DNA of 44,789 bases, counting the filler, from Mobula birostris (lineage: Eukaryota), in NCBI RefSeq assembly GCF_030028105.1. It is 2 parts of 2 records of this genome, joined end to end, with 100 filler letters (N's around TTAATTAATTAA, not from the genome) between each part and the next. Parts side by side here need not be neighbours in the genome. Positions count along the whole stretch, not along the records: positions 1 to 30,318 come from NC_092402.1; positions 30,419 to 44,789 come from NC_092379.1. The stretch is one strand, 5' to 3'. Within the stretch, counting starts at the first letter, position 1; each line of letters starts with the position of its first letter. Positions 24,140 through 34,695 of this stretch are shown piece after piece. The translations under genes and the position numbers were made by a program. Below the pieces are notes generated by a model. That model searched no databases. It saw only the letters and a program-made list of their open reading frames with translations, and was not told the DNA's origin.

Positions 24140-24865
24140 TTCAAGTCTCTGTAATGGCCACAACATCATAGCTACAAGTACTGATCCACACCTTAAGCTC
24201 ATCCGCTTTGTTCATAATAGTCCTTGCATTAAAATAGACACATCTCAAACCATCGGTCTGAGCGCGTCCCTTCTCTATCACCTGCCTATCCTCCCCCTCG
24301 CACTGTCTCCAAGCTTTCTCTATTAGTGAGCCAACTGCCCCTTCCTCCGTCTCTTCAGTTCGGTTCCCACCAACCCCCCCCACCCCGCAGCAATTCTAGT
24401 TTAAACTCTCCCCAACAGCTTTAGCAAACCTCCCCACCAGGATGTTGGTCCCCCTGGGATTCAACTGCAACCCACCCTTTTTGTACAGGTCACTCCTGCC
24501 CCAAAAAAGGTCCCAATGATCCAGAAAACTGAATCCCTGCCCCCTACTCCAATCCCTCAGCCAGGCATTCATCTTCCACCTCACTCTATTCCTATACTCA
24601 CTGTCACGTGGCACAGGCAGTAATCCTGAGATTACTACCTTTGAGGTCCTGCTTCTCAACTTCCTTCCTAACTCCCTGTAGTCTGTTTTCAGGACCTCCT
24701 CCATTTTCCTACCTATGTCATTGGTACCAATATGTACCACGACCTCTGGCTGTTCTCCCCCCCACTGCAGGATATCGTGGACACGATCTGAAACATCCTG
24801 GACCCTGGCACCTGGGAGGCAAACTACCATCCGTGTTTCTTTCCTGCGTCTACAGAATCGCCTGG
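24140..24865 (-). mobile_element. CR1 ORF1 esterase (SGNH-like) region plus start of ORF2 endonuclease
   Basis: CLPGARVQDV..VVVHIGTNDI..W..F..R.DLY motifs, then LRCVYFNARTIMNKADEL. Confidence 0.85.
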
Positions 24866-25270
24866 TGATAGAGAAGAGATGCGCTCAGAATGATGGTTTG
24901 AGATGTGTCTATTTTGATGCAAGAAGCATCATGAACAAAGCGGATGAGCTTAGAGCGTGGATCAGTGCTTGGAGCTACGATGTTGTGGCCATTACAGAGA
25001 CGTGGATGGCTCAAGGGGCAGGAATGGTTACTTAGAGTGCCAGGATTTAGGTGCTTCAGAAAGGACAGGGAGGCAGGCAAAAGAGATGGGGCATGGCACT
25101 GCTGATCAGAGATAGTGTCACAGCTGCAGAAAAGGAGGAAGTCATGGAGGGATTGTCTCCTGAGTCTCTGTGGGTGGAAGTTAGAAACTGGAAGGGGTCA
25201 ATAAGTCTACTGGGTGTTTATTATAGACCATTCAATAGTAACAGGGACATCAAGGAGCAGATAGGGAGAC
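24866..25270 (+). mobile_element. CR1 ORF2 endonuclease fragment
   Basis: LRCVYFDARSIMNKADELRAWISAWSYDVVAITETW and LLGVYYRPFNS motifs. Confidence 0.85.
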
Positions 25271-25553
25271 ATTTTCATATTTCCCCTTACTCCAATTAAA
25301 CACTTTCCTAACTTGTCTGTTCCTATCCCTCTCCAATACTATGGTAAAGGAGATAGAATTGTGATCACTATCTCCAAAATGCTCTCCCACTGAGAGACCT
25401 GACACCTGACCAGGATCATTTCTCAATATCAGATGAAGTACAGCCTCTCCTCTTGTAGGCTTATCTACATATTGTGTCAGGAAACCTTCCTGAACTCACT
25501 AAACTACCATGACCTAACAGATGAGGAATGAACAGATAAAATCAGAGTGAGCA

Positions 25554-25739
25554 ACAGGAATTCTGCAGATGCTGGAAATTCAAGCAACACACATCAAAGT
25601 TGCTGGTGAACGCAGCAGGCCAGGCAGCATCTGTAGGAAGAGGTGCAGTCGACGTTTCAGGCCGAGACCCTTCGAAGGGTCGACTGCACCTCTTCCTACA
25701 GATGCTGCCTGGCCTGCTGCGTTCACCAGCAACTTTGAT
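25554..25739. mobile_element. Foldback PLE terminal-repeat mini-insertion
   Basis: Perfect 61-bp inverted arms (25593-25653 / 25679-25739) with a 25-nt spacer. No TSD found. Confidence 0.85.
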
Positions 25740-26116
25740 AATGGTTAATCATATTGTAGCATTACACATAAAGGCAAGAAATGAAATCAAGAGAACTAGG
25801 AGTGGAAGCTGTCCATTATCCCTTATGGCACCATTCACCAAGATCATGGCTGATCTTCTGCCTCTGTGCTATTTTTCTGCACTATCTCCAAAATCACTCA
25901 TTCTTTTAATGTCCAGAAATCTACCAGTGTCAGTTTTGAATGAACACAGTGCTTGAGCCTTCACACTCCAGCAGGGAGAGAATTCCAATGGTGTACAACT
26001 GTTCCAGGGAAGAAAAGTTGTCTGCCCATCTAGCCTGTCAAGCCCTTGAAGAACTATATATGTCTCAACATTATCACTTCTCATTCTTCTAAATTTCAGA
26101 ATCACTTTCTCAGTGA

Positions 26117-26316
26117 CACACACAAAATGCTGGAGGAACTCAGCAGGCCAGGTCGCATCTATGTAAAAGAGTATAGTCAACGTTTCGGGACGAATCCCAA
26201 AATGTCGACTGTACTCTTTTTCCATAGATGCTGCCAGGCCTGCTGAGTTCCTCCAGCATTTTGTGAGCATTGCCTGGATTTCCAGCATCTGCAGATCTTC
26301 TCTTGTTTGTGATTGG
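26117..26316. mobile_element. Foldback PLE terminal-repeat mini-insertion, 200 bp
   Basis: About 70-bp imperfect arms around a 4-nt loop. Perfect 16-bp TSD ATCACTTTCTCAGTGA (26101-26116 / 26317-26332). Confidence 0.85.
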
Positions 26317-26561
26317 ATCACTTTCTCAGTGATTCCCTTGTCTGCTCCCCACTGATCTTCCTCTTGGCACTTATCTCTACAACCATGCTAAATGCTACAC
26401 TTGCCCCTACACCTCCTCTCTCACCACCATTCAGAGCCCTAAACAGTCCTTTCTGATGTGGCAGTTCTTCACATATAAATCCACTGTTGTTGGTCACATG
26501 TGTAATTGGGCAGCACGGGCTCGTTGGAGCAGAAGGACCTGTCACCGTGCTGTATCTGTTG

Positions 26562-26834
26562 TATTTCTTTATTGAGATGCAGCGTGGAAAAGGCCTTTGT
26601 GGCCCTTCATGCCATGCTTGATTTAACCCTAGTCTAATCACAGCACAATTTACAATGACCAATTAACCAACCAAACGGTATGTCTTTGAAATGTGGGAGA
26701 AAATCAGGGCACCCAGAGGAAACCCACATAGTCACAGGGAGAACGTACAAACTCCTTACAGACAGCAGTGGGAATTGAACTCAGGTTGCTGGTACTGTAA
26801 AGAGTTGCGCTACCCACTACAGTACCATGCCGCC
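26562..26834 (-). mobile_element. V-SINE (HE1-like)
   Basis: Minus strand GGCGGCATGGTACTGTAGTGG head, B-box GAGTTCAATTCC, V-domain and CR1-like tail. Confidence 0.85.
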
Positions 26835-28389
26835 TTGTATACTTAACAGAATAATATTGCATCCAGTATTCCTGGTACGTCTTTACATCGGTGAGACATG
26901 ACACAGACTGGGGGACTACCTCATTCAGCACCTTTGCTCAATAGGCAAGTCTGGCCAGGAGGAGCTTGCTAACAGGAACTTTGCTGCTCTATAGAGCAGG
27001 TCTGAAATCTTGCTTGTTGATTGGATTGTGCAGTTCATGTTTCTGGTATCTGAGTACTCCTTTTTATTTAATTGTTATTTTGTGTGATTTTGATCAGAGC
27101 AATCTGGCTACATGGTCTGCAAAGAATGACAAGGTGCTAAGTTGAACTGAACTAAACCGAAGATTCCCAAACTGTTTCAATGACTCTGCGGTTTGATGTT
27201 TTTTATATTTTGTGTTTTTTGCTCTTTTTTTTTTGCCTTTTTCACAATTCGTTCTTTATTTTGCACCTTGGGAGTTTGATGTTTCCTTTGAATGGGTTCC
27301 ATGGCGTTTCTTTGTTTCATGGCTGTCTGTGGAGAAGACAAATTTCAGGGTTGTATACTGCATACAATTGATAATAAATGTACTTTGAATCTTTGACATG
27401 CTGTATCTCACACCCACTTTGCTTTGGCCAAAGATGAACTGTTGAACATCGAGGAGGAAGACAAATACGAGCCTGCATTGTACAAATGCAGTCTCTTGTC
27501 TCTCCACACTTAAAACAGAGACACAGGAGACTGTAGATACTGGAATCTGGAGCAATTTCAAGATAAAGGGTCATATCTTGAAATATTGATAGTCCATTTC
27601 CCTTCACAGATGCTGCCTGGCCCACTGAGTTCTACCAGCAGCTTTTTTGCTCAAAAACCACAGTGAGATTGCTTGTGAAGATTTTCATCCACTAGCTCAG
27701 ATCCTGGCACCTTTTGAAATATAGGGCATAGTCTAGAGACACCACAGCCAGGCCAGGGGCAAGTATTAATTCATCTCTTCCAAGGAATCAGAATCAGAAT
27801 GAGATTTTATTATCACAAGTTTTATTATGACATGAAAATTGTTGTTTTGGGGCTGTGGCACAAAGTCATAAAATTACCATAAAGTATAAAATAAACAGAT
27901 AGTGCAATAAAAAAGGAATAATGAAGTAGTGTTCATGAGTTCATGAACTATTCAGAAATCTGATGATAAGAGGGGAGAAAGGTGTTCTTGGAATTTTGAG
28001 TATGGGTTTTCAGACCCCTGCAACTTATCTCTGATGGTAGAGTGCATGTTCAAGTTGACGTGGGTCCTTAATGATGAATGCTATCTTTCTGAGGCACCAC
28101 CTCATGAAGATGTCCTTGATGATGGGGAGGGTTATTCCTGTAATGTAATTAGCTGAGTCTACAACTCTCTAAATCTTTTTTCAATCCTCTCCATAGGACC
28201 CTCCACACCAGTCTGTGTTGCAACTAGTCAGAATGTTCTTTACTGTACATTTAACTATTGCCTTTCAAATCATTGCCAGGAACTTCACTCAGGCTTGCTT
28301 GAAGAAATCCCAATTGTCATCAACATATTGCATGCAGAACCAAAGGTCTCACACACTCGACCACTGTGAAACCTATGACTTAGAGTGCC

Positions 28390-28757
28390 TACCATTCTAT
28401 AGCTAGACTGCAGTTCAGTAAATCTGATCATCTGGCTCTCCTCCTCCTACCTATATACATGCAGAGGCTAAAGAGAAAGGCTCCAGAGGGAAAGGCAACA
28501 AAGAGGTGTTCACAGGAGGCAGAGGAGTGGCTACGGGATTGCTTCGAGTCGGTGGACTGGGCCGTGTTCTAGTTGTTGGCTGAATCAAAGGTGGTGACGA
28601 AGCATATAGGAGGGAGATTGAAAACCAAGTTCAGAGGTGTCACAACAACAACCTCTCACTTAATGTCAGCAAAGCCAAAGAGCTGATTATTGACTACAGA
28701 AGGAGGAAAACAGAGGTCCATCAGCCAGACCTCATCAGGAGATAAGTGGAGAGGATC
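28390..28757 (+). mobile_element. Internally deleted Rex1/Babar-like LINE
   Basis: KSDHLALLLLP.Y.QRLK...RDCFESVDWAVF joined to NNLSLNVSKAKELIIDYRR. Confidence 0.7.
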
Positions 28758-29374
28758 AGAATCTTGGAGCTATGACAGCAGCCATCCAGTCTGTCACTGT
28801 TTCCTTTGCTTAAAGCAAGTGCTGGCCACCAATTTCCTGCAGCTATTTCGAAAAACTCCTCAGGCACTGGTAACCCCTGTAGAGAGCTCTGGCTTCAAAT
28901 GGGAAGCCCCAGGCACTTTATGTACCCTCCACAGCCAGGAACAATCTGAAGGCTTGACTGTTTAAAGTAACTGTGAACTTTACCTCCAGGCCTAGGTATG
29001 TGTGTTATTCCTTTCCCACAGAAGGAGAAGATATTTGTCAACATTCAAAAACTCTGTGAACCCAGATATATCTCCTGTAAAGGTAGGAATATGGCAGACA
29101 GTCTTGCTGGCCAGAGCTTCCGTTGCCTCTTCCCTGGCCTGTTCTGCTTTTGTTTCTTTTACTTTTGAGCCTAATGGGACCCCTGCTCACATATCCTTCT
29201 GTTTGCAGAATGTGGCTGACTTTTCCCCTGAGAAGTTCCAGATATTTTCACCCCAATTTTCCTACATGTCTGATTTCATGCCCTATAGTGCAAAACGCAC
29301 TTCAAACAATGCCGCAGGCGATTCGTCGCTTCCCCAAGAAGCACGACCAGGATATGTCCCCGTGTTAACCTGTC

Positions 29375-30118
29375 AGTGGACTACAGGAAGGGCAAGACAA
29401 AGGAACACATACCAAGGATCAGAAGTGGAGAGAGTGAGCAGTTTCAAGTTCCTGCGTGTCAAGATCTCTGAGGATCTCAGCTGGTCCCAACATATCGATG
29501 TAGTCATAAAGATGGCAGGACAGCGGCTATATTTTATTAGGAGTTTGAAGAGATTTGGCATGTCAACAAAAACACTCAAAAACTTCTATGGTTGTACTGT
29601 GGAGAGCATTCTGACAGGCTGCACCACCGTCTGGTATGGGAGGGGCTACTGCACAAGACTGAAAGAAGCTGTAGAAGGTTGTAAATCTAGTCAGCTCCAT
29701 CTTGGGTACTAGCCTACAAAGTACCCAGGACATCTTTAGGGAGCAGTGTCACAGAAAGGCAGCGTCCATTATTAAGGAGCTCCAGCACCCGGGACGTGCC
29801 CTTTTCTCACTGTTACCATCAGGTAGGAGGTACAGAAGCCTGAAGGTACACACTCAGTGATTCAGGAACAGCTCCTTCCCCTCTGCCATCTGATTCCTAA
29901 ATGGACGTTGAATACTTGGACATTACCTCACTTCTTTTCGTATTCAGTATTTCTTTTGTTTGCATGTTTCTTAATCTATTCAATATGTGTATAGGTACTG
30001 TAATTGATTTATTTATTTATTTTTTCTTTTCTATATTATGTATTGCATTGTACTGCTGATACTAAGTTAACAAATTTCACGCCACATGCCAGTGATAATA
30101 AACCTGATTCTGGTTCTA
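29375..30118 (+). mobile_element. Rex1/Babar-like LINE RT C-terminus and 3' end
   Basis: GSEVERVSSFKFLRVKISEDLSWSQHI...QRLYFIRSLKRFGMS...FYGCTVESILTGCTTVWYG, followed by an AATAAA-containing tail. Confidence 0.8.
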
Positions 30119-30318
30119 ATTGTAGGCAAGTGATGCAAGTTTATAAAAAGGCTTCTGAAACCAAGGAGTGTGATGTCAGCCACAAATTTTGTATGTGAAG
30201 GTGCCTTGTGCATAGCCCAGAAATATTTATCATTATGCACAATATGCGCCCTGTAACTGTGATTGCAGGTCAGGACAAGAACATTTTAAAACTAAAACTA
30301 GAATTCAATCATCCAGAA

Positions 30319-30418
30319 NNNNNNNNNNNNNNNNNNNNNNNNNNNNNNNNNNNNNNNNNNNNTTAATTAATTAANNNNNNNNNNNNNNNNNNNNNNNNNN
30401 NNNNNNNNNNNNNNNNNN
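30319..30418. other. Artificial contig linker / gap
   Basis: Exactly 44 N + TTAATTAATTAA (30363-30374; stop codons in all six frames) + 44 N. Confidence 0.95.
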
Positions 30419-31912
30419 CAGACTCCCCATCGGGGACACAACTTCTGTCAAACAGTGGGACAAGCTGACCTGTGCTGTGATTGAAGTGTCACAGGAGAGA
30501 AAGCACAGGGCACGGTGCCAGCCGGACCATGTCCACACAGACCGGGCTGAATGGTGCTGGTTCAAACCTACTGGGACTCTCCCCACACTCCTAACACTGG
30601 GAAAGGTGGGACCTCACTGGGTTTCTGGATGCTGGCGGCTTGTGTTGAGGTGTATCAGGGCCTCAGCATTAAATAGCCTCAGACAACACCCTGCTGGGAC
30701 TCTGGGTCCAGAACACCCTGATGGGAGGGCTTTGTCTTGTGTTAATGCTGTCATGTAATTTAACAGGTTCAAAATGACTTGGAAACATTAAAGTTAATGT
30801 AAATTCCTGTGGCAACAATTAACTTTGCATATTTTGTTTAAAATAATAAATCTGAAATGCATTAAAACATAATAATCAGACAGAAATCATTCCTGGATAA
30901 ATCCCTTCCCAAGGCCCAGAATCCCCAGTCAGATGAATGGAAAATGTGATCCTTTGTCAGGTCCGGCCTGTGAGGGAAACGTGGAGGTGGATTTCCCAGT
31001 GTTACCCTGGGAATTCCAGCAGGACCTGGTGCCATGTGGTAGTGTGTGGTCACTGCTCTGGAGGCATATGTCACTCAGTAAATCCTGGGTTACAGTGGTC
31101 TGTGGAACTGTGAGATTGACTCCAGTGTAAGTGACTGAACACTAGTTGTCTCCTTCAGACTGCCAGGCACAACCAGCACCATTTCACCCACACTATCCTC
31201 AGCTTCCCAGGTAGACAGTACCTCAGGAAAGGGCTGGTCAGCTGTAGTCTGAGGAGCCTTACTGCTCTTTATCAGTGTCAACCCCTGACAGCAGGGGAAT
31301 TGCTGGACCAAAGACTAGGGACCATATGGATGGCCTATAACTAACTAGTGTTTGTCTATTCATCTACTGCATAGTCAGAATTCAGCTGAGGACTTCTCAG
31401 TGGTGGGGAGCTTTAGGAATTGTAGGCTGAAAGTGACCATTCCCTTCCAACATCACCCAAACGGACGAGATTGTCATGTCGTAGTTCAGTTTGTGGGAAC
31501 AAGATGCAGACAAGTTGGAGGTTTAGTCCCCCACATGAAGTGACACACTGCAGAAGTACTTGCTGGGTTGGAAAAGGCTCTGGGATGTTCTGGGGTTGTA
31601 GAAGTCAATGAAAAACAGATTGTTTTCTTGAAAATAAATTCTGTAAAATAACACTGGAAACAGCGTAGTTGCCAGAAATCAGACTGACGGAGTCTGGTGA
31701 AAGGTCACTGATGTGAAACATTCACTCTGCTTCTCACCCACAGATGGTCCCTGAGCTGCTCAGTGTCGGCAGTGCAGGAGGCACAATAATGTCAGTCGGT
31801 GAGATTTGCAGCTGAGGATCTTTTACATCCCGGGACCAGCAGGTGGTAAGTACAGTTCTGTCTGGATCAGTGTTCCTCTGGGTCTTTGTAAAAACACCCA
31901 ACGAACTGACTG

Positions 31913-32213
31913 CAGGGTGCTGGGGTGAAGAGAGGAACTGGATCTGGGTGGGTCACAGGGTGCGGGGGTGAAGAGGGGAACTGGATCTGAGTGGGTCACA
32001 GGGTGCTGGGGTGAAGAGGGGAACTGGATCTGGGTGTGTCACAGGGTGCTGGGGTGAAGAGGGGAACTGGATCTGGGTGGATCACAGGGTACTGGGGTGA
32101 AGAGGGGAACTGGATCTGGATGGGTCACAGGGTGCTGGGGTGAAGAGGAGAACTGGATCTGGGTGGATCACAGGGTGCTGGGGTGAAGAGGGGAACTGGA
32201 TCTGGGTGGATCA
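31913..32213 (+). repeat. G-rich minisatellite, 7 copies of a 43-bp unit
   Basis: Unit CAGGGTGCTGGGGTGAAGAGGGGAACTGGATCTGGGTGG(G/A)TCA starting at 31913, 31956, 31999, 32042, 32085, 32128 and 32171. Confidence 0.95.
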
Positions 32214-34667
32214 GCTCAGAAGAAATTTGCAATGAAATAACACTTGGGAATTTGTACGAAATGATTGCCCAGAATCAGCAGATTGGGGGAGACTCAGTCT
32301 GATTTTAGTCTGTATTGTACTAAGTGGATAGAATATCGGGTAGTATGAACGAAAGGTGGGCAGTTTTATTTATTCATCCTTTGGGATCTGGGCTTTGCCG
32401 GTAAAGTCTGAATGAATTACGCATCTGAGCTGCTATTCAGAGGGCATTTGGAGACAAACACATTGATGGATCAGGAGTCATAAATAGGCTCGAAGGGTCA
32501 GGATGACAGATCTCCTTCCCTGAGGGACATCAGTAAAACTGAAGGGTCATCATTACCAATGATTGGATTTAAAAACAATACCAATTATTAAAATCTTGGA
32601 AATCCGACCACAGATCCAAATCTGTATTATGAACTGAGTATAAATTTGTCAATTTTGTTATGGTGGTATCCGTGGACTGTTCATCCATCCCTCTGCACTA
32701 CTCATTTGCTTTGATGTACTGTCCTGTTTCCAATCACTCCAAATCCAACCTTGTGCCTGTCCATTGGATCACTGTGTCCACGGTGTCCTGGACAATATTT
32801 CTCCTTCAATAACATCACCAGAACAGACTGTCTGATCGTTCTCGCCTTGCAGTTTGTGGATTCTGCTGTATGCAGAGTGGCTCCACATTCCCGACTCTAC
32901 AACAGGGCTGTACTTTGAAACAACTTCATTGCCTGTGAAGACCTCGGGGGCACCATGAAAGGTGCTCTGTAAATGTCAGCACTTTATCTCACAACCACTT
33001 TTACTGAATCACCAGCAACACTGGTTAACGTAGGAAAACACTTGTTAAACAAACCCAGTCGGGGGATGGAGGAGGACAAGAAATTAGATGAGTTGCTCTG
33101 TCTGTGAACTAAGAATAAACAGTTCATTTGAACAGTAAAGTTCAACTCGTGTCCCGTGAGTGTGTGATGGGACAGGTTGGGGGAAGCTTCACTCTGTGTC
33201 TAATCTCTGCTGCCCCTGTCCTGGGAGGGATGGGACAGTGCAGAAGGATCTTTGTATCTAATCCGTGGCTGCCAGGACAGGACATGGGAGCTGTGATCTG
33301 CATTTAACTCATGCTCTGTGCACTCTGGGGTGCTTGTTGGAATCCCTTTGAGGAAGAATTTCCCAGATTTACAAGATAAATACTGATTCCATTGAATGAT
33401 AGAGCAGAGAGTGAGGCCGTTCATCCTATTGTTTCTGTGCTTCATTTAGCTGAGCAAACCCAATAGACCCATTGGTCTCTCTGCTCTTCCCTGTATCCCT
33501 ACAAAAGGCGGATCTCATCCTGTTCCCTCTCCACACTCACTATTGGCCATCACCATCATTCAGGCAGTGTGTCCCAGATCACAAACCTTCATCAACAAAC
33601 CTTCCCTTAAATGCTCCCCTATTACACATTATTGAATTGAACGCTTCCCTCCCCACCCCACCTGCACCACTCCCCACTCCCCCACCCAACAATGCAAGGC
33701 TGCCCGGAACGTGTGAAGGAATTGAGATTTCAGTTCCCCGCCTTACCTTTCCTGCACCACTTCCCCACTGCCTTCCCAACTCCAAAAATCTTCCCCACAG
33801 TACCCCACCTCCTCGCCCATCAGGGAATAAAACTAAAACCTCAATTCCATCAATTAATCCTGGGATATCGCCGATACTTTTGCTGTATCCCAGGACGGAC
33901 CTCATGCCGGACATTACATGATGGGACTGACACCCACCTGTACCCTGGGGATATTGAGACATCAACCAGATCATACATGTGTACACCGTTCCCTCAGATT
34001 ATGTCTGAATCCCATTACCTTCAACATGAAAGCAGCCGACAGTAAAACCCAATCCCAGTAATTTGACACCGAACAGATCCATTGTTGTCACTGACAGGGA
34101 ACAAGTTCAACTGCACTGAAACGCTCAGCCCCTGAACGTGGCTTCAGTCGGTGCTGAGGATCAGAAGCCAGACTTGAACCAAACACTGAGCTCACTCAGC
34201 ACAATCGGCCGGTGTCAAGGCACAGTCTGGTGACAAGATCCGACCCCATTCCCCTGAGCCTGTTCCCGGTCTGTGGACAGTGCACTGGTGGGTGGGGTGT
34301 GTACCCTTGTACTGTTACTGTGCTCTAGAGAAACCCGCCGGTTCGGGGAGATTCATGTACTTTCTCTAAATATCAACATGATCCCTGTCCGGACCGGGAG
34401 CAGCCGCTTCCAGGATTTCCATCCCAAACTCTGTCCTTGTCTCTTGTTGGCGTGTGAGTAAAGGCATTTTCACAATTTCCCTGTCTGCGGACACCGGCTC
34501 CCGCCATCCCCCAGAATCAGAGTCAAATCCTTTTGGGCTTTTAATTGTCCAGAAATGGGCATTTGCGCCCAGCAGTCCGAGTAAGGCTTCAGGGATTTGA
34601 CTCTGGGAAGCAGCAATGCGGAATCCGTGGAGACAGACTGCGCTGCAGACACTCCTTTGTCGGGACC

Positions 34668-34695
34668 AATTTCTGTTCAGCTCCCCATCACCGTG
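34668..34695 (-). other. V(D)J recombination signal with 12-bp spacer
   Basis: Heptamer CACGGTG (34695-34689), 12-nt spacer ATGGGGAGCTGA, nonamer ACAGAAATT (34676-34668). No plausible nonamer at 22/23 spacing. Confidence 0.75.

Noticed and set aside
24396-24830. SGNH esterase ORF as a host enzyme
   Set aside because: It is CR1 ORF1, directly followed by ORF2, and the DGLH catalytic motif is changed to GGLQ.
29002-29712. 236-aa ORF as a novel gene
   Set aside because: Chance fusion of unrelated sequence to a Rex1/Babar RT C-terminus.
31690-31730. Intact hammerhead ribozyme (CTGGTGA...GAAACATT); also 824-847
   Set aside because: Core nucleotides and stem pairing are mutated. No intact ribozyme was found in the window.
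31913-32213. CRISPR-like array
   Set aside because: Head-to-tail tandem units with no unique spacers, in a vertebrate context.
33720-33835. TACTGTG heptamer, weak nonamer and GTAAGG donor suggesting a J segment
   Set aside because: The translation (WEGSGEVVQE) lacks the J motif and lies in low-complexity G-rich sequence.
34205-34285. JH-like TGGGGTCGGATCTTGTCACC after CACTGTC on the minus strand
   Set aside because: It needs several gaps to fit WGxGT.VTV, has no nonamer at 22/23 spacing and no properly placed donor.
34294-34322. CACAGTA...ACACACCCC as another RSS
   Set aside because: Spacer is 13 nt, the nonamer is poor and there is no paired RSS defining a D.
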